Below, one piece after another: positions 13,031 through 25,679 of a stretch of 64,000 nt of DNA. Both the position numbers and the translations under genes were made by a program. The notes beneath the pieces were generated by a model. It was not told where the DNA came from, searched no databases, and saw only the letters and a list, made by a program, of their open reading frames with translations. Numbering within the stretch: the first letter of the stretch is position 1; each line of letters starts with the position of its first letter. The DNA is from Negaprion brevirostris (taxonomy: Eukaryota), in contig JARDVH010000150.1 of NCBI GenBank assembly GCA_030324005.1, forward strand, positions 25,414,147 through 25,478,146, written 5' to 3'.

Positions 13031-14339
13031 GTTTTCACTGAATTTCAGTTTTGTTTTCTTTTATTCATTTATGGGATGTGGGTGCCACTGGCTAGGCCAG
13101 TATTTATTGCCCATCCCTAATTGCCCTTGAGAAGGTAGTGATGAGCTGTCTTCTTGAACCACTGCAGTCCATGTGGTGTGGGTACACCCACAGTGATGTT
13201 AGGGAAAGAGTTCCAGGAATTTGACCCAGTGACAGTGAAGGAACAGTGATATATTTCCAAGTCAGGATAGTGAGTGACTTGGAGGAAAACTTCCAGGTGG
13301 TGGTGTTCCCATATGTCTGTTGCCTTTGTCCTTCTAGATGGTGGCAGTCGTGGGTTTGGAAGGTGCTGGCTGAGGAGTCTATGTAATTTCTACATCCCAG
13401 GAATAGGTAAAAACCACTTTTTTTGTTTTAAAACTTTAATCTTGATGCTACCCAAATCTTAAATTTAGCTTCATCAGCTTTTTCCTGGGTAGCAACAATG
13501 GCATAAATTTGGCAACTGTCAGGTAGAATTTAATTTTTTGTTAACATTAAATATTTTATCCCATAACTGACATATGCAAATCTTTCTTGAAAATCATAAG
13601 TATCTACAGATTAAAACACAAATGTGATTAAATATTAATTTTTTAAAATATGAATTGTTAAAGCTGTTGAAGTGCAATACCACTTTTGAAGCCCAACAGC
13701 GTAGAAACTAATTTTTTGACTAAGCAAATAAATAATTCAAGAAGGAAAATGGGTTTGCCTTCTAGTTCTTTGATTTGTCATTTTCTAGACTTAATTTATT
13801 TTAGGTTTTCTTTCATGATAATGTGATTCAATTTTCAAATATGATGTGAAAGAGCTGCATGCAAATTCAATGCCACAGATTACCAACTCCTGGCTGAGAA
13901 GCACCATGACAAGCAAAGGCACACACAAGACAGGCACTAAAGGGAATGCACAGCGGTAATTAATCGACATTTGTAGAATAGAATCCCGACAATACAGGCA
14001 GCCACTCAGCCCATCGAGCCGGCATTGACAACAAGCAAGCCCTATCCCTGTAACATACCCTACTAATCCCTGACATTAAGGGCAATTTAGCATGGCCAAT
14101 CAACCGAACCTGCATATCTTTGTAGGCAATATGACAAAGTTTTGCTTTTACATTTTGTTTCAAATATTTATTTTTGTGTGGCTCTTATCTTTTGTGGTCA
14201 AATGAACAATGTAATAATCTGTGTCAGAGGGATGATAGTGAGTATGGGATGGTTGGTGAATGGGGAATTATGGGTATGGCGATTGGTATTGCCCTCAAAA
14301 GAGTTCTTCATGTTTAACATAATACAAAGAAGCACTGTA

Positions 14340-14670
14340 AGTTGCCATCTCTCTTCACCCTCCTCCTCTTCAGTTTTCTCCTCCATGTGCTCTTGTTCCT
14401 CAGCACCTTGTCTGACAGATAGAAGTAAGGGTATCTTCTCAGTGACAATGTTGTGATGTTGTGCAGCATGCAGCAGATATTGCAGGGCTCTTCCAGAGTA
14501 GTCCAGAACGGAATCATTTCTCCAGCACACCAATTGTCTGCTCTATAAAATTTCTTATTGTTTTCAAGGTATGAATGCAATGCATTTGTTCATGAGTTGC
14601 AAACTGAAGTCATGTGGTCAGTCGACAGCTCATATAAGCCAATAGCCACCCTTTGGTTTCCTGTGATGAC
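14340..14670 (-). mobile_element. Harbinger transposase (HARBI1-like DDE nuclease) C-terminal remnant
   Basis: Frameshifted motifs IRNFIEQTIGVLEK*F..LDYSGRALQY..CCMLHNI followed by an acidic E-rich stretch. Confidence 0.7.
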
Positions 14671-17489
14671 TAAAACAATTAGAAGAAATTAATCAACAAT
14701 TAGTTGTAAATGTTGATGATGATTTGGCAGACCCTTTCTATTTTGTCATGTGTTCAAGATCTAGCTGGAGTTCTTTGGAAATTGTCTATTTTTCCTAAGT
14801 ACGCCACTCAAGACTGTAGTTTGTTAAAACCATTATTTATTTGCAGCTCTAAGAGTATATCTCAGGAATTCTGCACAAGGTCTCTGCTACTTCATGTGTC
14901 ATTGCATCTTAGTTACATCAATATCAGGTTGTGGTCAAATGGACAAGGCTTGAGAAATTAAGCCCATTTTAAATTAATACAGCTAAAAACTGCTTCTATG
15001 AGGTTACTACAGGTCAAAAGCCAACAGGGACACATACCAGAACTGCCCACATATCGAACAGGGGCACTTCCCCTTAACAAAAGGGAAGTCATCACGATCT
15101 GAAACCAATCAGGAGGTACTCAGCCAGAAGACATTATGATTGTGTGTTTACTAGTTTCAGCCAGACTCCCTGCTATTAGAGAGATGTACAACTTAGATGA
15201 TCTGGCCTAACCGCGTTGGGTGTTGTGACCCCCTACCCTATCACCCTATTAGCCAAAAAACAGCGAACATTTGAAGAAGGAAGGGGGAATAAAAACAGTC
15301 ATATTCAAGGTAAACTCCAGTGAAGACGCTACCAAACCAACTGTGACCTGGAACAATGCAAAAGGGTGTCGAGATCCACCTTCATGCTAAGAGGATCCTG
15401 AGTTCATCCGTCACCATGAGCTCAATGAATTAAATTCAACAGCTTGTGGTGACTTTTAGAAAGATTAGTCCCACCAACACGTTCCTGAATCATAGTACTG
15501 CAAGTGGTTTCTCTTCAAGTATTTATCCAATTTCCTATTGAATCTGCTCACAGTACGCTTTCAGCAGTATGTTTCACTTGATAACAATATGCTGGGTCAT
15601 TTTCACTCAAATCTGTTTCCTCTAGTTACTGTCCTGTTGCCAGTACACTTTACAAATATGAACACCTTTTAAATCTTCCATTAACCATCTCTGCTGTAAA
15701 GAGAACAATCCTATTTTTTCCTATCCCTCCACCTAACTGAAATTATATTTAACCTCCATGCACCATCTCCAAAGCCCAGACATTGTTCTGAAAGTGTACT
15801 GCTTTGAATCCACCTTAATCCACTTGGGGTGCCACTACTTTGTTAAGCATAACTTCCTAGTTTTAGTACTTTATTCATCTATTCATAAAGTCATTCTATC
15901 CAATGTTTTTAATAGTATTGTCAACCTGTCCTGCCACCTTCAATGGTTTGCATAAATGAACCACAGTTCTTTCCGTTTCTGCACCTCCTTTAAAATTGCA
16001 ACATTTATATTGAATTTCTTGTATCTTCAAAAATATATCACTTCTCTGCATTAAATTTCAGCTGACATATGTCCTCAAAAGGTCTGCTACTATCCCCCTC
16101 ACTGCATCTCCAAGTTTTATGTTATTTACAAACCTTGGAATTATGCTCTATATATATCCAAGTGTGATAGAGACCCTCTTTTGGGTAAGTAGTCAATTCT
16201 CCCAGTTCCTTTCAGCAAGTAAAGAAATGGCAACAGGAACAGGCTTCCAGCAGAGTCATGCTTGTTTTGGGTAAGAGTGGCAAGATGTGTGTACTCTTTC
16301 CAAAGGCTGATATTTCACCATGAGCCTTTTTTTTTAAGCAGCTTTTGTCAGTGCCATTGCTTTCTACTCTCAGCCAGAACAGGAAACAAACTGCTGGCAT
16401 TATTCTGAACCAAATGCTAGCCATCTAGCCAACTGAGGTAACCAGCTCCCTTCCCTATATCCAAGTCCATGTCAGAAGCATATCTAAAAAAAAGCTGTTT
16501 CCCCAATAGTGACCTTTGGAGGTCATACATTGACAGACAATTCTTCATCACTGCTCTCTGCTTTCTGTCACATGGCGAATTTTATATCTACCCAACAGTT
16601 TCAATTTACTAAAAAGCTGAATGTGTGGCAGTTTATTGAACATTTGTGAAAGCCTTTATACACAGCAATTTCCTCTAACAAAATAAAAGCAAAATAAACA
16701 GATGATGGAAATTTGAAATAACAGAAAATGTTGTAAATGCTCATTGTCAATACATACTTCCAGCACTTTCTATTTTTATTGCCTCTAACAAATTGTTGGC
16801 TGCTCATGTTTTCCAAGTGACAATTAATTTTGTCCTGGTTTGTGGTTTCTCCACCACCAATATTAAATTGACTGGCTTATAGTTGTTGGTGATAATTTAA
16901 TCTTATTTAGCTGTAATTACAATGTATAATTTAAACAGTAAACAAGTGTATTAGTAATTCCGAGAATTCATAAATAGAAGCCAGCTAATGCATTTTGCCT
17001 AACATTCATCAATACTAATGTATTGTGCTCTGTTCACCATTAGTCTGTCAGTAATGTACTTTGTATGTAGATCATTTGGTGTAAAATAAGCAAATACTAT
17101 TATATTTATTGTACACTACTGTGTTGAAACAGTGACTGCATTCATTTTTATTACTTTGCATTTTCATTGCTCGGCAATTTGACAGTAAGTAGCTTTCAGT
17201 AGATCAGCAGGGCCACAATCAATTGTGTCATTACATCAGAGAAGGAAGATAAGTTCAACAAGTCTTCCTGCAATATCCTTGTTCCTTCAGAGATTCAAAA
17301 CATTTTTGCATCTATGTGAGATATTTTCAAAAATCCTTAATGCAATTCTATTCTATGCAATTCTGGTAGCTTACTTCATTCCATGCAATTCATATTCAAC
17401 AATCCAAAACAGCATGTGGGAGATGGAGTCCAGAGTCAAAAATATGCCAGACTTAATTGGAATGTTTAAACATTGAGGTCAACTTTTAG

Positions 17490-18118
17490 ACAATACAATC
17501 CCTACATTGCAGAAGGCGGTGATTCGGCCCACCGGATCTGCACTGACTCGCCGACAGAGCGGCTTACCCGGACCCTATTCCCCATAATTCCACATAGTTA
17601 TCTTGCTAATTCCCCCTATCCTGCATGTCTTTTGGGACATTAAGGGACAATTTAGCATGACCAAGCAACCTACCCTGCACATCTTTGGACTCTGGGAGGA
17701 AACTGGAGGAAACCCACGACCACTTCCATCTAGAAGGACAAGGGTAACAAATACNNNNNNNNNNNNNNNNNNNNAGTGTCCCTCCAAGCCACTCACCATT
17801 CTGACTTGGAAATATATCACTGTTCCTTCGCAGTAGTTGGGTCAAAATCCTGGAATTCCCACCCTAGTGGCATTGTTGGTCAACCCACAGCACATGGACT
17901 GCAGTGTTTCAAAAAGGCAGCTCATCATCATCTTCTCAAGGGCAAATAGAGATGGGCAATAAATGCAGGCCAGCCAATGAAGCCCATGCCCCGTGAATGA
18001 ATAAAAAAAAGAAACAAGGAGAACACGCTAACCACACAGATAGTCACCCAAGACCAGAATTGACCCCAGGGCCCTGGCACTGAGGCAGCAGTGCTAACCA
18101 CTGTGCCACAATGCTGCC
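17490..18118 (-). mobile_element. V-SINE (HE1-like) split by an inserted LINE 3' end (about 17720-18010, + strand)
   Basis: Reverse-complement SINE head (gcagtgctaaccactgtgcc, 18088-18108) and V-domain/tail (17490-17715) flank a CR1/L2-type tail. Confidence 0.7.
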
Positions 18119-18745
18119 TAATGCTGTTTATGTTGTGAAGTGAAATCTTCAAATTTTAGGATGTAAAATTCTGCAGCTGAGGGTTGTAGTCCATTCATCA
18201 GAAAGACGCTATGCTCCCTTCATTGTAGTGTCTAATTGTTTTCTTTAAATCATCTTTTCATATAAAAATAATAAGATTTTCACCTCGGCCATTGCATTCT
18301 GGTAGGAGTCATGGACAGGATCTAATTGAAGGTTTATGCATCTAGCAGGGTGATAATGGTGCAAATTATTAATAGCTCTGATTCATATCGGAGATGGCAT
18401 TTAATGCAGGCAATGGAGTCTCATCCACTGATTGAAGAGCTGACAACAGCCTGGTGTCAGCTTCATTTGGGAAGCTCCACCAGCATTAAATGCCTTTCAG
18501 CATCTTAATGGCCAGTGGGAGGACCTTTCTGTAATCCCAACACCTGAGCATTGGTCGGTAGCTGCCTGAGTATTTCAGAATTGCGGGGTCATAGAGTGGT
18601 AAAAGGACAGGAGGGGTGAGGTGTCAGCAGGTGACAGTCAGTGTGCCCCTTTCTTCTGGAAGTTCACATGGAAACCTGACAGGATTCGATTTTAGCCNNN
18701 NNNNNNNNNNNNNNNNNNNNNNNNNNNNNNNNNNNNTTCCAGCAT

Positions 18746-20507
18746 TAACAATGCCTTGAAATTGAGGATGATGTCCATTGGGCTTGGTGAGACTTCAGAT
18801 GACTGAGGTGCCCAGTTATTGAACCACAAGTTCTTCCACAGTGGGAGCATGTTCTTGTGTGGGGGTAGAGGAATACTCAGCTTTGGGTTGGCTCCTTCCT
18901 CTGCCACTGCTGTTCTGCCTTACTGTCTAGTTGCTGAGCCTCAAAGCGACTTAAGCTTTGATGGACCAGGTGGAGCCATGCTGAGTAGTTTGCAGCCTTC
19001 TCCTTCCCGTCAGTGGTATTAATGTCTGTTTGCTTTACGGTGATCTTGAGTGTATTCTTATACCTTTGTTTTATACCCTTAAAGCATTGGCCAATGGAGC
19101 GCTGGGAGAATCTGCAGAGGGAGGTGGTTTCCAAGCATCTTGATGCACTGGTCTGCCCATTGGAGTTGATTCCACAGGAGCAGGGCTTTGATGAGAGATT
19201 TGGAGTACACTACCGCTGGTCCAATATTGTTCCCATTTGATCCCCAGGATTCGATCCAAGCATCACTAATGGAAGATCTCAAGGACCTCAATGTGGAGTT
19301 GACAGACTGTCTAAGTCTCACTTTAGTACAAAGAGGTGGTCAACACAATAGCCTTGTAAACATGGTCCCTTGTTGAATTTCAAATATCCCCATTGTCAAA
19401 GACACATTGGAGCAGCTTGAAAAAGGCAGTGCTGGCAGAGTTGACACAGTGCTGAACTTCATCATCAACAATAGCCCTTTGGGAGAGGTGGCTGCCAAGA
19501 AATGGAAAGTGCTGCACATTTTCCAGAGCTCTCTCTATATGGGTGGCATGGCAGTTGCTCATCTGGCTGGGGAAGGTTGATAAGGACCTTTGTCTTGGTA
19601 ATGTTTAAAGATCAGCCAAGGCTCTTAGGGGACGTGTTGAAGAAGCCACGCATCCTTTACATTTCCTGTACAAAATGAGTCATCATGCAACAGTCATCAG
19701 CAAACTGAAGATCACGGAAGTCCAGGGTGATGAATTTTGTTTTTGCCAGTATGTGACCAAGGTTGAAAAGTTTTCCATTTAGATGATACTGGATATTGTC
19801 CATCAGATGAGATGGAGAATGATGGTCAATGGTGAACAAAGTTGGGACAATCACACAATCTTGTTTAATCCTAAAGGTGTCAGTTTCAAATCCTCCACTC
19901 AGGATAGTGGCAATTATATTGTCACACTCTTGCTTTGGAGGACAATTCAAAGAACTTTACAATTTAACACATTGGTTGAGTTGATGAAGGCAAAGAACAA
20001 TTCTTGGTCCACTGTATCAGAGGGAACCATCTAAGCTATCAAAAACACCCTATGGAGGATTTCCTTGGTGATCCACCAACCATCAATGAGTTTAAGCATG
20101 CCAAACAGGTAAAAGCTAACAAAGCTTGGGGCTCGATGGTATATCTGCAGAGATCTACCATGACAGTGCTACCAGCTTATGTCACAACCTTATGTTTATC
20201 CTCTGCTTCTGAAACAAGGAGTACTCCCCCCCCCACTGCCAGGATCTCAAGAATGCAATCCTTATTACTATCTATAATAAGAGGGATAAATCTAATTGCA
20301 AAAATTACTGGGGCATTTCCTTCTTGTCCATTGCAGATAAGATCTTGCCCCACATCTTCCTAAACCACTGTTGTCCTGTCACTGAGGAGATCCTCCCAGA
20401 AACCCAGTGTGGTTCCAACCATCCCGGGGTACTGCTGCAGACATGGTCTTTGTGTCTAGGCCTATCCAGGAACAATGCTGGGAGCAAAACCAAAAATTGT
20501 TTCTCGC
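18746..20507 (-). mobile_element. RTE-clade (BovB-like) LINE with inverted 5' segment (about 20010-20507 on +) and TTCCAGCAT target-site duplication
   Basis: Minus strand: LQFADDC and LENVQHFPFLGSHLS. Plus strand: PPTINE, NYWGISFLSIADKIL and EEILPETQCG. 9-bp direct repeat at 18737-18745 and 20508-20516. Confidence 0.85.
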
Positions 20508-22274
20508 TTCCAGCATGGAGTATGCCCTATCCACAGTATTAATTGCCCACTTAGGGGCCTCAATTGGGGGCAGGACATGAAGGCTATTCATGAGCCTTAT
20601 ATCTAGAGTAGAGGCTGGAAGGCGGTGGGGCCCACATCTGTCTACCCAACTAATTAAATTTCCTCCTACCTCCAAACACAGTTTAGGGGGAGGGCATTAA
20701 ATTTCATTCCACAGCTTCCTCAGACAAAATGATCATAAGGAATAGGTGAGGAGAAGAACTATCATAAATGAGGCTATATCATGAGACAGATAAAGATCCA
20801 GAGGATGTTACCATGGAAATATCTTTGTCGCTTATAATAGCAACGATGCTCAGAAAAACTCTTGACCTGTTTACTTGAGCCACCCACAGAATTAACAGTC
20901 CTAGCTGTATGTGCACAAAATAATAGGCCACCTACACAATACTGGCTTCTATACGGCCATGAGCATTGACTGATTTTACACTATCAAAAACAAATTCTGA
21001 GCACGGTGGTAACAAAGTTGGAACAAACTGATTACACTAAAAATGCTTAGTAAAGTGCCTACTGTTTTATTCCAATGCTTCTCCTTGAAAACAATGTACT
21101 ACATGCAGCCTCTCCAACCTATTCCAGAGACGCTTCTTGATGTTTCTCCAGTGGGAAAACTATGTGAAGTGGTCAACTGTTGGATGTCAGGAGCAGCCTC
21201 GTGAGATTGAGATCTTTTTGTGTGGGATCATGAGATGGAATCAGTGTTGCAGCAAAAGTCTTCAGCAGAGATCAGTTAATATATTAGAATCAATAAGGGT
21301 GTTAACTCAGAGCTGCTATACATCACCTGGAGGGCAAATAAACAAGCTGTGACAATGACTAGGCAATGTGAGCCAAGAGCTGTTGTGAACTCACTTTTAG
21401 ATTCCTACCCTACGAAATGTAGCCTTCCCCACTCTTTAATCATAAGAATTTTACAATAACACAGATTAATTCATCTTCAAATCATGCCATTCTATGAGAC
21501 TTGTTTATATTAAACTTCTCCTTTAGGCATATATAAAAGAAAATTCTCTTCTGATGTGAAGCATCACTTCATTGATGTGCCCCCCCACTTGCACTGTTAC
21601 ATCAAAGTTGGATCTATTTTTGAAGTACTGTATGTACTCAGCAGGTCCAGCACTGCATGCTGCTCAAGTTCTAAACAAGTATATCATGATTAGTGGAACA
21701 TATTTTTAAATGAAAAAGAAAATTTTTAAAAATAGTGCTTTGATTAAAACATCAAAAAATATTCATACACAATTAATTATTGTGATAGAAGAACCTGCCT
21801 TTGGTTTGTTGGGGACATTCCTGTCTCAGTCAAAAATTTCAGATGTTCCCAGCAAATGGAAGTTAAAATTCTGGGTTAATATCTAGTGGAATATTTGTAT
21901 CTGATGGGTGTAGATGGCTTCCCACATAATATAGGTTGTAGTAGTTCATTAAACACTCTCAATATCTCGAATATAGAGAGAGACTAGGGACTAAATTGAG
22001 CAACCCATGAAACTGGGGATGAAGTTGTGCAATTACCCCACACTAATTCAAAGTGGATGCAGGCAGCATGCAAAGTGGGTCGCAAGTTTCTGCAATGCTG
22101 GTACTTTTAAAGTTAGCTTGCTCTACCAATTCCAGACTGCACCTCTTAAAGGGGAAGGGTTGAAACTGTTTGAAGAATAATGTCCAGGAGGAAGCTGCAG
22201 ACATGAAGTAACAGGCCAAAGAATTCTCCCTGAATTTCTCAGATGATGCAATGAAGGCCTTGGTGCAGAATGTC

Positions 22275-22638
22275 ATAGAACATAGAACATAGAAAAAGTA
22301 CAGCACCAACAGGTCCTTTGGCCCACAAGTTGCGCCGAACACGTCCCTACCTACTAGGCTTACCTATCACCCTCTATCTTACTAAGTCCCATGTAATTAT
22401 CCAAAAGTCTCTTAAAAGACCCTATCGAATCCGCCTCCACCACCACCGCTGGCAGCCGATTCCACTCACCCACCACCCTCTGAGTGAAAAACTTATCCCT
22501 GACATCTCCTCTATACCTACTCCCCAGCACCCTAAACCTGTGTCCTCTCTTGGCAGCCATTTCAGCCCTGGGAAAAAGCCTCTGAGAATCCACTCGATCA
22601 ATGTCTCTCAACATCTTATACACCTCTATCAGGTCACC
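22275..22638 (-). mobile_element. CR1-clade LINE 3' end (relatively young)
   Basis: YKMLRDIDRVDSQRLFP..RGHRFRV..FFTQRVVGEWNRLP; (CATAGAA)n microsatellite tail. Confidence 0.88.
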
Positions 22639-22827
22639 ATCATGAACTTATACATCAACGATGTCTTCAAGCGCATGAGGTGAGGCTTGGCGCAATGCAA
22701 CAAGCACTGGACCATCTATTCCTGGGAGATCCAGACTGCCGTGTGCCCGCTGCTGCCAGGGGAAATGGCCAAGCATGCCATGTCGGAGGGGCCAAAGGCA
22801 GTGATCAAGTGCACCAGCTCCAAGTAA
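22639..22827 (+). pseudogene. Histone H2B pseudogene, C-terminal half only
   Basis: [61 protein letters not shown] aligns to H2B [65 protein letters not shown]; internal stop and small deletion. Confidence 0.9.
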
Positions 22828-23804
22828 AACCGTACGATGCATCGAAAAAACTCATCATGACATTTTAGCATGAACAGCCCCAGGACAGGTCTATGTGTGT
22901 TACCATTTTGCATACTCCCTGTTTGTACATGCCAGCTATGCAAATGCAAGTACTGCTTTATGGTGGATGTGGATAGGGTCTGTTATTGTAATACAAATAC
23001 TTCCACCAAGTACAGTGCTAGTTTTTAATTGCTAGCTTGTTGGAAACTGATACATCTAAGCTAGCATCCGAGTGGCTTTCAGTAAAATTAGATTTGCTGC
23101 TGCTTTTCAGTCTGTCATCTATCACAAGCGATGGCACATTCACAGAATAAACTGGTCTTCCTGCACCTGCCTCCATTCCAGCAATGTTGACACTATGACA
23201 AATGCTACCCTGTCACATGGTAAATTTTTTTTTCATGATAACAACCCATAATATTTGCAGTTCCCATGGCGCACGCTTTCCTGAGGCTGAGATAATTGCA
23301 TTCTCCAGATTTGCGGCAAATGACTTTTCTGCAATTGCCAGCTCATCAAGGTTAACAACAACTTTCCAGATAAAACGATATAGCTGCGTAAATCATTGAA
23401 TTGCTTCTTTTTTTTTAAACGTGCTTTGTAGTGCTAACAATTAATCCGTAACGCAAAGTGGCTTTCTGTTTCTAAGAGAGTGAACTTAAACTGTGATACA
23501 GCGAAGGCTGGGAACTGAAAACTGGATGCAGGACCATTTGCTTTCATGGGGTGGTGCAGGAGAGCTCGCGTACACTCTTGTACTTGCAGCAAGGCAGGAG
23601 AATGCAGCCATGTGCTCCAGTCTGTAGGAAACAGACACAGACACGGGCTAAAATACAGGATGTGATGGGGGACTACAGGGGCCCCAGTTTGATGTAGTGT
23701 CATGNNNNNNNNNNNNNNNNNNNNNNNNNNNNNNNNNNNNNNNNNNNNNNNNNNNNNNNNNNNNNNNNNNNNNNNNNNNNNNNNNNNNNNNNNNNNNNNN
23801 NNNN

Positions 23805-24046
23805 CTCTGTTGCTGCCCTCCCCGTCCCTCCTAAAACATCTGAAACCCAGAACCTGAAGTATCCAGTCCTGTCCCTGAGTCATCCAAGTCTCTGTAATGG
23901 CCACCACATCATATTTCCAAGTAGCAATCCATGCTCCAAGCTCATCCACTTTGTTCACAACACTCCTTGCGTTAAAATAGACACATCTCAAACCTTTGGT
24001 CTGACCGCTCCCCTTCTCCATCACCTGCCTATCCTCCCTCTCACAC
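23805..24046 (-). mobile_element. CR1-clade LINE ORF2 N-terminus (APE endonuclease)
   Basis: LRCVYFNARSVVNKVDELGAWIATWKYDVVAITETW..FRCFRRD. Confidence 0.88.
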
Positions 24047-25679
24047 TGTCGACAGGAGGAGAGAGGCTCTCTTACTTAGGGGACTGGGATCCTTCCAATC
24101 AAATGCTGAGAAGGCTGTGAGAGTGGGTAGCTATAGTCAATGCTATCAAGCTAGCCTTCTGGAACTCAATGCTGTATCGAATAAAGTTTAATGGCCTGTC
24201 ATGATTGATCAGAGTCATTGAATGCAAACTTACATGCTGTATTCTACTAACAGCACCACTGGCTCACATACACTGCTCCACTCACCAAACCTCCTTCACT
24301 CGCCTACCAGGAATTTCAAGCAACAGTGGTTCATTCCTCACATTCATATGCTATACCTTAGCTCATACTACTGGAAGGGGCATACCCATCTTACATCTTG
24401 GGCACATTGTCACCTATTTAACTAGCTGATCACACAACACAGTGCACCATACTCATTGATACTGATCTCTCTGGTCTGCTGGACAGGTGGCCCATAACAG
24501 GTAGTAGCAGCAGATAATAAGTAGGGGCAGACACAACTATATGCTGGGACCCTTGAAGGATATGGTGCTGGTCCTAACCAGCAACACTGCTGAACCATAG
24601 AGGGTGACATTGTGTTCTTGCCTGATCCACTTTTACCCTCAACCCACAATCAGGTATGATTTACAATATTCAGATGGTGTAAGCATGCACTTCTTAGTTT
24701 GCGCATCCACCACCCCACTCAGGTAGGGCATGGAGATCCCAGGAGTGGGAGGTTGCATAAGAGTTTTGTTGTAGAAGACTCAGATAGGGAGCGTGATCTT
24801 TCAAGCCCGCTATACTTGTCAATTGGCACAGTGAACCGGGAAGAAAGCGCACAAGGATTTTGTTCCAGGCACAAACTGGTCTCACGCTGAAAGCCATCTG
24901 TCTGGCCACATTTTGCTAGCAGGATCAGCTTCGCATCGAAAAAGAGAGCAAAGCCAATTTAATTATTTATTGTTTTATTATTAATGCACCTGACACGACT
25001 GTTTCCAATCTCCTAGACATTCCCCCACTCGTCAGCAAGACCTCTCATGGTCACTCTTGGTCCTCAGCAAACTTGATGGCCACACCATTGAAGCCCAGGT
25101 TGTCAGGGCAGTGCCAAAGGGATAAACAGTCTCCACTTTTGATTGCACCAACTTGACTTGATGGGAGTTTGAGTTGACTGGTAACAGCAAGGGCACTGGC
25201 AGAATGACAGGGGTGGGAGCATGAACTTGCTGTTGCCTTGAGAGCAGATTTGTGTTCCATGTGGCCACTGCCATTGCCACTGCTCCAAGGAGTCACTTCA
25301 GCATTCCTAGTAATCAGTTGGAGGACAGATTGCTGCACTGCTATAAGACCCTGTGAGACCCTTTGAGCACTGCCCTTTTCTGCATGCCTTCAAAGTTCTG
25401 AGGCAAGATCTTCCCAAAAATATTCTAAATGCCTAACGATGAGAAAACGAGAATTTCAGACTAGTTTTTTGGGAGAGCTTGGAAAAGCAATCTTATGACA
25501 CTCACTTTTTTGGGCAGAAGTGCAGTCTCACCAGTAGGAGGAAGGGTTGGAGACTAAACTCTCTGGTGAACCTAGCGGCAGACCGCTTGGACCACCCTCA
25601 CTGATAGCTCCATGAGCCAGTAATAATCCATTCAATAATAATTATTTGAGTTTCTACTTTTCAATTTACCCCCTAACAA

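Larger units (their letters stand above)
21987..25673 (+). mobile_element. Harbinger/PIF-type element with Myb/SANT-like ORF remnant, carrying nested insertions
   Basis: Imperfect TIRs GGGACTAAATTG / CAATTTACCCCC; motif NFSDDAMKALVQNV|DRRREAL split by a LINE; later IKFNGLS and QVAHNR remnants. Confidence 0.6.

Noticed and set aside
14930-15370. Possible solo LTR (also 37040-37550)
   Set aside because: TATA- and AATAAA-like motifs are present, but I could not define TG...CA termini, a TSD or a PBS.
24422-24649. Minus-strand peptide with a superficial resemblance to GPCR/KISS1R TM5 (LCLPLLIICCYYLL)
   Set aside because: The plus strand reads QVAHNR..GR..LGPLKDMVL, the same Harbinger Myb-ORF motif seen at 11.75 kb; no other GPCR exons or splice sites support it.
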